Below are positions 25,991 through 38,814 of a DNA stretch of 60,000 nt, in pieces. Below the pieces are notes generated by a model. The model worked only from the letters and a program-made list of their open reading frames with translations, was not told the origin of the DNA and did not search any database. Origin of the DNA: Camelus dromedarius (Eukaryota); NCBI RefSeq assembly GCF_036321535.1, contig NC_087438.1:8496001-8556000 (forward strand), written 5' to 3'. Position 1 is the first letter of the stretch, and every line of letters starts with the position of its first letter. Position numbers and translations under genes: made by a program.

Positions 25991-28531
25991 TGGAATTTAA
26001 TTCAAATAATTACGCACAACACTCCCTATGTAACCATCTATCAGCAGATATAAAGAACACTTGGAAAGAGCTGAAGACAAGGATACTCAGTATGGTAAGG
26101 CATAAAGATATCTGGGCCCTCAACACTGAATACTGTCCGTGTGATTGAAAATGCTTAATGAAACACCTGGAGACATACACTTCAAATTTCAATTCAGTAC
26201 TGTAGTCAAGAAATCCCATTACACATATTAAGAATGATACTGATCCTCATGATCTAATGAGCAGAGCTTATTAACAGAAGTGACCAGCAAACATTCCTTA
26301 ATTTATTCATCCATGCATCAGACACTGGTGGTCCTACTGTGTGCCAGACATTCTGCTGGGTACCTGCGTTACAGTGGAAAAATGGCCAATCCTTCAGTCT
26401 GCTAAAAAAGCTTTTATAACAATATTTCCATTTGACTCTTCAATATGTGAAACAGTGATTGATAAAAATGGACTCAATTGAGATAATCAGGCAGCAACAG
26501 TATCATTTAGCATAATAACAGCATTTTGACACAATAGCTTCGGCCAAGAGAAAGCCTGGTCATTCTCATTTAAAACTGGATATAATATTTACAGCCTTAA
26601 AATCAAGCAGTAGACACTTTACAATATTTATAACTCATAACATACATTTTGTCATTCTCTTCTCATACTTTCACAGCTTCCAGAAAAGACTGCTGTTGGC
26701 TCGTAGTAACACTAATTACCTAACGGGGAGGTGCAGACCGTGTTTCCTGACTGTTCCTCCTGAGGGTGTCCTCCTCAACTGCCAGTCCTCAAAGAAAGAA
26801 GGTATTTGAGAAGCTAATTTCCTACAGGAATAATATATGGTTTGGACACTTTCGGGGGTGTTCTTCCATAATTGCCTTTTACAATGTTATCTTCCAAAAC
26901 GAACACCTTCTTCTGTTGACGTTGCTCCCTGAGTTAAACAGCACACTGGCAAAACGTCTTGCTGGCTGGTAGGTACCAGTAAGCATGGCGCTTTTGTGTT
27001 AGTTTATGCAGTGGTTTCGATTCTGAGCCAACACTGAACAAACGGGATAATAAGCAAAATCTTACTCACGTAGGGTGAGTAACAGTGATAGCTGCATGTA
27101 CTAAGCACAAAGCATCAAGCTGATGATACAGTTGCTTTTGGTTCTCTTTCAACTCTCACATCTGCTTTTGGCCCCGTGTTTAATAACAAAATCTACGATT
27201 TCGCTCAGTTGTGAATGACCTAATTTGAGTAGGCACAGAGATGTGTGAAGTCAGCACTGGCTTTCTCTTACCTATGATAATTCAGCAATTATCGTTTCCA
27301 TCTTTTGCAATGCTGCTAGGGGAACACGGTATCTAACAGCATTTAAAATGAGAACGGCTAGAACATTCCAGGTATATAATTGGGAAATCTCCATAGGCAG
27401 CAATTGTTTTTTTGTGTGTGTGGCTTTTTTTTTTTTTTTTCACTTTTTTGGGTTTTGTATCTGCTTATATACCCTTGGCAATACTGTGTTATTTAAAATT
27501 GGAACTTTTATTCGAAGTGCCTAAGCATAAAGCTAGCACTTTTCATTTGTCAAAGCTAAAAGTAATCCGATGATATCAAACCACTAAACTATCAGTTGAG
27601 CACAGTGATCAAAATGACAAAATACATTTTATAGCCAATTCTGAAACACTAAACAATTCCATGATTAATCACAGAATATTTGGAAAACATAAGAATGGCA
27701 CAAAAAAGAAAATAATCTTGACACTGAAGAGATGTTAATGTGTTAATGTTTCGATATGCTTTTTCCAGACTCATCTCTAAGCCCACATGTGTCTGATATT
27801 GGAATCATATTATATAAAGAGCTTTATTTGTTTGCTGAACTGCTTGTACTTTACAAGGTTGGATACAGGCCAAATACAATTTTAATAGTACATAGTAGTC
27901 CACTATATGGCTCTACCTAATTTATTTAATAATTCCCTACTATTAGCTATTTGAAAAGTTTTACTTTTTATTATTAATTGCATTATAATGAACATTATTT
28001 TATCAAATATGTATTCATTCAACTAACACTCTTTAAGCCCTTTGTACAAACAGTTACATAATAAAATCAGTCTTTGCTCTCAAAAACTTATAGTCTAGTG
28101 ATCTAGATTTTTCCTGAAACACCAAATAACAGGGACCCTGACCTTAAAAAAAGGAAGAGAGTATCTACATGTATAAAAGGTTTATTAAGAAAGAGTGAGT
28201 TCATGTAAGGCTTTTAACCAAATTAAGAAATTTCAACATTCAAAGGAAGAGGAACCATGGAGAAATTAACTTTGTGTTTTGAAAGATTATTTTGGCTCCA
28301 ATGGGGAAAATGGGACTAAAGTGGACAAAACTGAGGAGAATGGGCTGCCACCATCATCCAATTATGACTGGATGATATAAATTAGGAGGACATCCCAGGA
28401 CTCACAAAATTTTATATCATTCCTCCTAGAATTCAGTGCTTTATTGCCAGCGTCCACACGCCCCTATATCTAGTCCTGCTGTACTGATATGATTTTTACT
28501 TTTTTCACTCATTTCTTTTTCTGCTCTAACT

Positions 28532-28628
28532 GAAAGAAAGAAAGAAAGGAAGGAACGAAGGAAGAAAGGAAAGAAGGAAGGAAGGAAAAGAAAAGAAAAA
28601 GAAAGAAAAAGAAAAAAGAAAAGGAAAG

Positions 28629-28702
<74 letters not shown>

Positions 28703-28773
28703 GAAGAAAGAAAGAAAGAAAGGAAGAAAGGAAGGAAGGAAGGAAGAAAGAAGAAAAGAGAAAAGAAAAAGAG
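28532..28773. repeat. Compound purine microsatellite (GAAA)n/(GGAA)n
   Basis: About 240 bp almost pure A/G, including 18 perfect GAAA units at 28630-28701. Confidence 0.98.
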
Positions 28774-28924
28774 ATCTCACTGTTTTAACTGCTGGCCTTT
28801 ATTCTGAGGATCATATGAGTTCTCCAGTGTCGAGTAAGATTTGCAAAGACTCTAATTCAGGGATTTCCAGGGACTTCTTGATGCAATTTTATGCAGAAGC
28901 CATGGTTTCTTTTAGAAAATACAT

Positions 28925-31560
28925 TATGCATTAAAACAATAAGGTGCCACTATACATATATTAGAATGGCTAAAAAGAACTATAAAAAACCCGACTACTA
29001 ATTACTGCAAAGGATTCAGAACAACTCAACTCTCATTCATTGCTGATGGGAACGTACTACAGGACAGGCACCTGGGAGGACAATCTGGCAGCTAAATAGA
29101 GTCTTCCTATACTATCGAGCAATTAACACTCCCCGGTATTTACCCAGCTTTCACCACTTTATATACATTAGATATATACATAAATAGATATGCGTATCAC
29201 AGTATTATATATTGATTAAATCTCAATAAATCTGGAGGGAATGTGAATGTTTGCAGTAGCTTTATTCATTATCAAAACTGGAAGCAACCAAGATTTCCTT
29301 CAGCAGGTGAATGGATAAGCTGCAGTAAACCCACAGAATAAAATATTATTCAGCAATGAAAAGAAATGAGCTATCATGCCATGAAAAGACTTGGGTGAAT
29401 CTTCAATGCCAATTGTTAAGTGAAAGAAGGGAGTCTGAAAAGGCTACACACTGTATGATTCTAAATATAGGATATTCAGGAAAAGCAAAACTACAGGGGT
29501 GGTAAAAAGACCAGTGGTTGCCAGGGACTCAGAGGGAGGGAAGAAAGGGCTGAAGAGTGAGGCACAGGGGATATTTTAGGGCAGTGAAACTATTCTGTAC
29601 GAAACTGTAATGGTGGATACACGACACTATGCATTTTCCAAAATCCACTGAACTTTACAGGACAAGTGTGAAGCTTATTAATGTATGTAAATCTTAAAAA
29701 TCACATAGGAGATCACGGAATCTGAGGGTGGAATGCAGAATGTGACAGAACAATCTAATTGCATTACCAGCACATGAAATGACCTCACTGAGCGGGGTGG
29801 GTAAAGAGATGTGACCTCAGGAACTTTAGAAAGGAGGAGTCTGCAGGACTGAAGGGGAAGTGAACTGTTCTTAAGCACTGTCCTCTAGTCGGTGCTGTTT
29901 CCCATGAGGGTACCGGTTAGCAATTCTGCTGCTATATGTATAAACTGTATGGCAGAAGGTTTGAACCAGGTTCCTCATATTTAGAGTGGGAAGTTCCATA
30001 TAAGCACGCAGAGAAGGTTAGAATGATTCTCGTGGTAAGGGAACAGAGTCGGAGACATGAAGTGAACTCATGGATAGCTTCCTACAGATACAGACTGTTT
30101 CACACAGGGACGCTGATGTGTGACTACACTCAGTACGTATTTCATTGGTGTGTCAGCTGAGAGGGTCCAAAAACAAGGACCCCCCCTCCAGGAACAATGA
30201 GCACACCAACTGCTCCTGGTTTCTAACACAGCTCTCCAATAAAAGGAACCAGGGATCCTTGGAGACACAGCTCATTCTAGAATTACAACAGGGAAAATAC
30301 AAGATGAGCTTGGAGCATCCTGTGGTGCCAGAAAGTAAGGAATTGCTTAAAAAAAGGGAATATGTCAAAGGGATGCAGGAACACCTTTGATCAAAGCTGG
30401 AACAATCTGAGCAACAAAATAAAGCAATACGGGATTATAACCCAAAGTATAAAATAAACATCCACGTGTCCATACTAATATAAATAAGGATTGAATGAAT
30501 AAATAAGTAAACGAGGGATAAAAGGGAAATCTCCCATTCAAAAGAATTCCAAATAATTCACAGACACACCAGCTTCAAAAAAGGTTGAGCATAACTCCCC
30601 TTCCTTGAGTGTGGGCTGCCCAGTGACTGGCAGGGGACAGACAGGGGAAAAGGGTTACTTTACACTGGAGAAATCTGACAGACACTACCTCAGCCAGGCC
30701 ATCAGGTCAACACCACCAAGGGGAAACTGCATTAACATGTACACGAAGGCTAGTCTATGGATGAGATAAATATCAGACAATTTCAGTAGGGGTCACCCTA
30801 TGGTATACCTGACCAGCACTCTTCAAAACTGTCAACATCGACAAAAACAAGACAAGTCTTTAAGCCACTTAGAGTTTATTTTTGTGATATCATTCATATG
30901 TGGAATCTAAAAGAAAGAAAGCAAAAAAGGACACTATGAATTCATCGACAAAACAGAAACAGACTCGCAGACATAGTAAACAATCTTATGGTTACCAGGG
31001 AAAGGAGGCGGGAAGGGAGAAATTTGGGAGTTTGAGATTTACAAATGTTAGCCACTATACAGAAAAATAGATTTAAAAAAAAGAAACAAGTTTCTTCTGT
31101 ATAACACAGGGAACTATATTCAATATCTTATAATAATCTTTAATGAAAAAGAATATGAAAACAAATACATGTATGTATATGCATGACTGGGACAATGTGC
31201 TGTATACCAGAAACTGATACATTGTAACTGACTATACTTCAATTAAAAAAAAAAATAACTTATAGGAGGAAACCAAAAAAAAAAAGACAAGTCTGAGAAA
31301 CATCCACAGGCAAGAGGAGTCTAAATGGTACCCTGGATGGGGCCTTGGAGTAGAAGAAAGGCACTAGGTGAAACCTAAGAAAATGTGAATAAAGCACAGA
31401 CTTCAGTTATTAATAATATATCAACAGTGACTCTTCCGTTGTACTAAATATGCCATATTAAAGTAAGAAATGTGTAGTGGGGGAGCTGGTTGTTGGACAC
31501 ACTGCAACTCTTTGTATTATCTATAGAAATGAAACTGTTCAAAATTTTTTAGTGTATTTC
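28925..31560 (+). mobile_element. Old LINE-1 3' end with long 3' UTR (L1MC/L1MD-like), interrupted by a younger L1
   Basis: ORF2 C-terminal motifs (CTCATTCATTGCTGATGGGAA; GGTGAATGGATAA) followed by the L1MC/MD-type UTR GGAAAATACAAGATGAGCTTGGAGCATCCTGTGGTGCCAGAAAGTAAGGAA. Confidence 0.85.
30860..31283 (+). mobile_element. Younger LINE-1 3' fragment with short 5' inversion and double A-tail
   Basis: TSD AAGACAAGTCT at 30849-30859 and 31284-31294; antisense L1-like piece 30860-30886, then sense 3' end to 31255. Confidence 0.88.
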
Positions 31561-31759
31561 AAAAAATGCATTACATTTCTAACAATTTACAGCAAATAAA
31601 AGCAACAGGAATTGATAACCAGAGTCTACATTAGACTCTTAATACAGAACGAACACCGAAAGGAATTTTAAAGGAGTAAAGATATCTTAATATCTAATCT
31701 GTATTTCACAAGGTAGAACATTATTCAGTCCAAATTTGGTTGACAGTGTTTTATCACTC

Positions 31760-31965
31760 CTGTTTACTCACTGCCAGGGTTCACTTCCTCAGTCTCCCAT
31801 CTACTAGTGACATGTCTTGGGTAAGTTCTTCACACTCTGGGTTTGGCTTACCTCATCTCTAACACGGAGAGTGTAAAAGCACTTAACCTTCATGTGGTGC
31901 TGGGGAAATAATGTATGCAAACCGCTTAAGAGGATACTTACCATAACCAACAAGTATTAGTTATC
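31760..31965 (+). mobile_element. MIR SINE relic
   Basis: CCCATCTACTAG...CTTGGGTAAGTT...CCTCATCTCTAACACGGAGA...AATGTATGCAAACCGCTTA. Confidence 0.65.
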
Positions 31966-32462
31966 ATGACGATGTTTATTATCGTGAAGAAGTTATCATT
32001 ATAAATGATCAGTAATTACTCTATAATTCCATTTTTATTAAGTCATCTGTACATGGGGGGGTGGGGGGCATTGCTAGGATACACCCCACACTGCTAGTAG
32101 CAATCACCTTTGAGTGGACGGATCACAGGTGACTTTAGTTTTTTTTATGCTCTTCCATATTTCTCCAACTGCTCGTGAATATGCATAAACTTGTAATGAA
32201 AATATTTAAAATTCTGAATCAATTTGATACATTAGGCCCATGCTCCTATCGCCTCTTTTTAAATGTTGTATTATTAAAATAATACATGCACATACTTAAG
32301 TAGTTCAGGGAGGTTGATACTGAAAAGCGACTCTCCTTCCTCATCTTCCGCCACATTCATTTCCTTAGTTAGTGCTGGTGGCTTTGGCATTTTCCTATTT
32401 GTGCTTCTCCTCCTGGTCACTCCCACATCTCTAAATGACATATCAAGAATGCCTGTCATATT

Positions 32463-33377
32463 CTAAACAAGCAATTCTCCAAGGAAGACATACAAATGAT
32501 CAAAAGGCACAGGAAAAAATGCTCAATATCACTAATTATCAGAGAAATGCAAATCAAAACTACGATGAGGTATCACCTCACACCAGTCAGAATAGCCATC
32601 ATTCAAAAATCCACAAATGACAAGAGCTGGAGAGGCTGTGGAGAAAGGGGAACCCCACTGGTGGGAATGCAGTTTGGTGCAGCCACTGTGGAAAACAGTA
32701 TGGAGATTCCTCAAAAGACTAGGAAAAGACTTACCATATGACCCAGGAATCCCACTCCTGGGCTTATATTCAGAAGGAACCCTACTTCAGGATGACACCT
32801 GCACCCCAATGTTCATAGCAGCACTATTTACAATAGCCAAGACGTGGAAACAGCCTATATGTCCATCAACGGATGACTAGATAAAGAAGATGTGGTATAT
32901 TTATACAATGGAATACTACTTAGCCATAAAAACCAACAACATAACGCCATTTGCAGCAACATGAATGCTCCTGGAGAATGTCATTCTAAGTGAAGTAAGC
33001 CAGAAAGAGAAAGAAAAATACCATATGAGATCGCTCATATGTGGAATCTAAAAAACAAAAACAAAAACAAACAAACAAAAAAGCATAAATACAAAACAGA
33101 AATAGACTCATAGACATAGAATACAAACTTGTGGTTGCCAAGGGCACAGAGGGTGGGAAGGGACAGACGGGATTTCAAAGTTGTAGAACAGATAAATGAG
33201 ATTATACTGTAAAGCACAGTGTAATATACACAAGATCTTATGGTAGCGCACAGAGAAAAAAATGTGACAATGAATATATATATGTTCATGTATAACTGAA
33301 AAATTGTGCTCTACACTGGAATTTGACACAACATTGTAAAATGATTATAAATCAAAAAAAAATGTTTAAAAAAAAAA
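32463..33377 (+). mobile_element. LINE-1, 5'-truncated, with perfect TSD
   Basis: ORFs 32496-32741 and 32617-32880 give the L1 ORF2 C-terminus ([50 protein letters not shown]); poly(A); direct repeat AAGAATGCCTGTCATATT at 32445-32462 and 33378-33395. Confidence 0.97.
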
Positions 33378-36300
33378 AAGAATGCCTGTCATATTGAATT
33401 AGGCATTGGCTTTGACTTCCTACTTTAACAAATGAGAATTTAGCTCATTGAAACGATCCCTATTATTGTCTGCGTCCCAATTTTTGGTGCTTAGAACTTT
33501 ATGACCCTGTATTGGTTAGGTTTTTTTTAATGTACAGAATATTCATAAGCCTCTATTTCTGCTTCCATCAATGTTCCCCAGTATTACTTCAGCAATTAGG
33601 TACCAAGGTCACCAAAGCCAGAGGAATGAGGGCATATGACATACAGTACAGAGCTGTGATCTACATGGCAGAATTTATGAGAAATTCAGGAAAACAGACT
33701 TAATTTCTAATATTAATTTCAAACTGTTCACTGTGTGATTGTTATAGATTTGAATGTGCAAAGCCAACAATATAACACATTTGTATATTTCCTCTCTGTA
33801 CTTTGTCTGCAATTTGCACACCCAGAGACCTATGAATGGAGGCATCTGCATGTTCCATAGGCTTACTTAAACAAAAGGAAATGCATGCCACGGTTTTTCT
33901 ACCAAATATATAAAAGCAGCCATTATTATTAGAACTGCTAAGCCTATACATTAACCGGTATTATTCATGACTGTGTTTGAGAAAGTTATGTGCTGTTTTC
34001 TATGGTGGTCCTCACCTTTATTTCTTATTTTGGTACAAAGGGAAAACAGGAGCTGTTCTACCAGTAATAGTGCCTCCTTACAATGGAAATTCTCATAAGA
34101 TGCAGGATACCAGGATGTATCAGAATTTGGATGGGATGGCATGAGCACTGTAGTTTGAAAATAAGTACCACTTTTCTGTCCAAAAAGGTTCTAGAAGCAT
34201 ATGGCCACTCTCTTCCCTCTCCTCTGCTCCACTACACCACATTAAACATCACAGATTTAAAACATATCGTGCAGACTCACAGTCATTGGAGCTTAACTAA
34301 ACGCACTTCATTCACTGATTGCCAAATATTTCATGAACACCCACCACCTGGCAGGCCACGTGCGGGGAGCTGAGAACCCCTCCCCCAACAACACAGAGCC
34401 CACGACCATCAGAGCTTACAGTCCAGAGAGGGGTACAGGGATCTAAACAAGCAATAACGATGCAGTGCAATAAGTGCTAAGCTCAATCATTACTTAAACT
34501 AACCCTGCCTTTCACGGGGAATTCTTTAATTTAGACTCAGATCCTCCTGGGGCTTTTCTGTAGCTCTGGGCCTTCGAGCAGTTTCATGCCAACTGTTTTG
34601 TGGTGCTTTTCATAGCTGCCAGAAGTTGACTTCTGTTACAACTAGACAGTTTATATTTTAATATTTTTTTTTCCTTCTAATTGGTCTGTTCACCACCTTA
34701 GATTCACTGGCACCCAGTTCTTTCATCTACTACAGGCAGTGATGCTACGGAAATGTACACATCACTGTCATTCACCACAGAGTGAGCCATGTGCACCAAG
34801 GTTCCTGCATCTTCCTGGACTCAGCCACCCTTCTCTACCCGGATCATGACTCCATTCACTTCTTAGAAAACACAATTATTAATCTTCATCTTTTTCAGGC
34901 TCCTCAGTTGCTTATCTGAATCTTTGGAATCACAAGTGTTTCCATACTCAAATTTTTTTGGATTTAGAAAGATGCATCTACTGTTTTTAGGTAACATTCC
35001 CAGCAGGGTCTGGGACAATGCAACCAAATATGTTGCTATTTCTGAGACAAAAATATGAGTATCCGCATCAAGTGGGATAAACCATGACTGCATGTAACTG
35101 TGCACTGTCCGGGTTACACGTTGCCCCAGTAGCTTTTCCACGAACACAGGAAAGACTTCTTGGTTTTCTGAGCCTTTTGTGTCTCTAAATCGCAGGTAAG
35201 GCATTGAACACTTGCACTGGCCACACTAGCTGGCCCTTGAACAATCATCCACATGTGTCAAACCTGACACCAAGATTTCTTTAAAATAATTTTATCTTCC
35301 TTTAGTTATTCATTCTAATCCATCAGAACAAGGTTTAAAACTATTGCAGCAGAAAGGATCTGCACTGAAATACAGAGCACATTTCAGTCTCAAGATTCAT
35401 GTGACCAGAAGCTCAGTGGTTACACATAAATTTCACTGTATGCATTATTACAAGAGATTCTGGAAGTGGAAATGAGAGTATTGACAATGACCAACAACAC
35501 ATCCAAGGCGATACTAATGAAATTAACTTAGGCCACTAATGGTACAAATCCAATAAGAGGGGAAGACTGCTAGAATTATCAACCGTGAGGCTGCTGGGGG
35601 CTACTTGAATCTGCAGGTACAATAGAAGGGGGAGTTCCCAGAACTGACCTCCCTGGGAATGATGCAGGCAGAGCACTGAGCTAAATTCTAAACATTGACA
35701 CAAAACATGAAAGCACAAACCTTTCTGTGATAAGGATGGAGAATCTGGATGTTTTCCTAATCAGGTTTTCGACTATGGCAGCCTTGCTTTAAGCCTCTCA
35801 ATACAACTGAATTCTAAATGGGCTATCCATTTATTCCAGCATTCCATGTAATGACACCACTTTCAAAGTGATATAAAGCCGTGCATAACCCAAGAGAACA
35901 CAAAAGATGAATTCTGAGAGTTTTCACGCTTCAAATTCACAAAGTATATTGTGTCACAATAAATTGGCAGGATTTGAAGTTACTCACCTTTTCTTAGACC
36001 ATATACTGAGAAGGTTATTTAAAAAACCAAGGAATATGCATGTATTACCTAACTCTGAATTTATTCGCCTCAACTGGATACCTTTAAAGCAGGAATCGAG
36101 CAAATGGTAAAGAAAGAGGGAGTCCTGGAAGAAAGTCATGTGTGTGGCCGGGAAAGGAATAACTGAGTCAGAGCAGACTCACAGGTCTCCCAAGTCAAGT
36201 GGTACTTCCTCAGCACCATCAAATGCTGATTATCACCAGCTGTACGCAGAAACAAGGTACACCAAGATACAGGACTGGGCCACAGCTCGCAGAAGGGTCT

Positions 36301-38437
36301 CAATTTAGCTGGGGGAAACCAAAAGAAAACAAAAACAAAAAAACTGTGAAGAACAATTAATGGTGTCTTCCGTCAAACGCATGGTGCAATCAATAACAGT
36401 TAAATGATGCACGGTATGAGGGGAGTCGCTGGTACCCTACCGTGAAGAGTCATCGTCTGAAGAGGGAGGACTTGTACCAATTCTCAGTGGAAGAGCAGAA
36501 CTTAAGAAACTGTATCAGCAATAATTGCTGGCATTACGACCCAGTAAATGCAGCAAAGAAGATGTCAGTCTCAAAAGCATGGAACCTGACAGAACTCTAC
36601 CTTTCAAACACTGAGAAAATCATGTGCCCAGAAGAACTTGGTGCCCTAAATATAAGAACTGAATTTAAGGCCACATGGACCCAACTTGAAATTCATATTC
36701 TTGAATATACGAAATATTTTGCATATAACATGCTATGCGTTACATAGAAAATCCGTATCTGGCATCCAGCACAGTGATTTTAAATGGTGTTAAGTACATT
36801 TCCCAGGCATTTGTGAAAGTTGCCATCTGAGCTATTATGGTAATTTCAGTTAAACTGCTAAGATTATGACACAAGCTTAAAAAGCAATTAACAATAACCA
36901 TGACACTGATGATGAAAAAGAAGAAAGGCCTCCATTAAGGATGGTTGTAGAGTTTGGGATGATAATCATAATTTTTTAAAGGGTTTACTACAGCAAATTA
37001 ATTTTTTAGTGTAATTTTGAAAAGCAAATCTGATAAATTATAAGAAATGCCAAACCACTGCCTGAAGCAACGTTTTGAAAATTAAATGTGCATTGCATTG
37101 AATGTTTAAATGTGGATTACTACTTTTAACAAATGCTGATTTGTAAATTAAAAATGAGCACATTTTCTACTTACTATAAAATATAAGTTGCAATTACATC
37201 AATTGTGTTGTGCTAGAAAAATCATTAACGTGAAAAACAACCTTGTTTCTCAGGCTTATTATAAGGCATGATTGTAATTTAAAGAGCAAATTACTAGGGT
37301 GTATACGTGGGTGTATGTGTGTATACACGTATGCTACTGATTAAAATGAAAAGCAATGAACCTCTTCAGTCAGCTAATTAAGTATTGTCATACCATTTTA
37401 GATGCGAGTTTAAAACCTCAGGGTAAATTAATCAACACCTGGAGTCAGTACTTAAGGACTTAGTTTTAAAGAAAGACATACTCGTGATGACACGCTGGTG
37501 AAAACGCTTCGCGTATCGGTATCCGTAAGGCTACACTTTATATGGATCATCTGAACTTTACTACAGTTTGTGTCATGAATTAGAAATGCTCGTTATACTT
37601 TAAGCCATAAGAAACCATCTTGTAAGTTTTGTATTCAAAACACATTACTAGAAATATATAAGGATTTTTCATTCGGCCAACAAATACTTGGCGGAGTTCC
37701 TAGGAGCCAGGCACCCTGGGGGGCTGTAACGGGGATGCTGAGTCCGATGGAACTGAGGGCATCACACCGCCTCACACCGCTTGCAGCTGAGCCAAAATCC
37801 GACCCTGGCCTTCCAATTCCAAATGCCCTGCTCTATCCAGAGCACAACACTGCTACTTAATTGAGAACTGGGTAGAGAGTGGTAACTACCGAGAAGGTGG
37901 TTGAGCACCGCCTTGGGAACGTACAACACCAGCTCCAGCTCTCAGCTTAATGGGCTGGTAAAACTGCCGACAGGCTTGGGCTGGTACTGCCGTCTTAACT
38001 GCCCTGATGAGTGCACACATGTAACACAACTGACAGACCCTAGATCAGATTTCTGTAAAAGACAACAGGAAATAAGATGAAGTACTAACACAAATAAATC
38101 CAACAGGCTTTCAGTAGTTCTCTTTGGATAAGTCAAGATGGAGGGTGGCAAAAGTTTCCATTCTGTGTGTTGAAAAGCTAGAGCCAGCCAATTTCAGCAG
38201 GGTCCAACTGATGTCCTGGTTTTATATTCTGCATTGTTAAAAAGTGAATTAAGCTTCGGATCTGTTTTCACTTTGGCATTTAAAGATAAAGGGGAGCAGC
38301 TACTGAGGATTTGCCCACTTCAATAATGGGAGGATCTGATTAGGAAAGTCACATGATACTGGCTTCACTGTCAGGCTATAATTTAAGGCTTGGTAGCCCA
38401 GCCCCTTTCTAGACACCAGGTCTACAGATAAACTGTC

Positions 38438-38814
38438 TGCTACGGATTAAATGTCTCTGCTCTACCCTCTTCCCCTCCCTGCAAATTCACAGCTTGAAAC
38501 CCCAGCCCCAATGTGGTTGTATTTGGAGAAAAGAAGTAATTAAGGTTAAATGAGGTCATAAGAATGGGACCCTGACTTGATGGGATGGGTGCCCTTGTAA
38601 GAAGTGATGCTCATGCACCCCCTTCACCCTCCTCCCCCATTCATCCCCCTCGTTCTCTCTCCCTACACACTGGGAAGAAAGCTCCTCATCAGTAAGTGAA
38701 CTGACCAAAACCTCCATCTTGGACTTCTTGCCTCCAGAAACGTAACTAAATAAATCTCTGCTCTATGAGCTACCCAGTCTCTGGTTATTTTGTTATGGCA
38801 GCTGAAGCTAATAC
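38438..38814 (+). mobile_element. MaLR solo LTR (MLT1A/MST-like)
   Basis: TGCTACGGATTAAATGTCTC...TAATTAAGGTTAAATGAGGTCATAAG...TTGTTATGGCAGCTGAAGCTAATACA. Confidence 0.85.

Noticed and set aside
28526..28780. 84-aa Phe/Leu/Ser ORF
   Set aside because: Translation of the (TTTC)n microsatellite.
34863..35204. 113-aa ORF and plus-strand acceptor/donor pair
   Set aside because: The frames I checked between the sites contain stops; the sequence looks like an old DNA-transposon relic.
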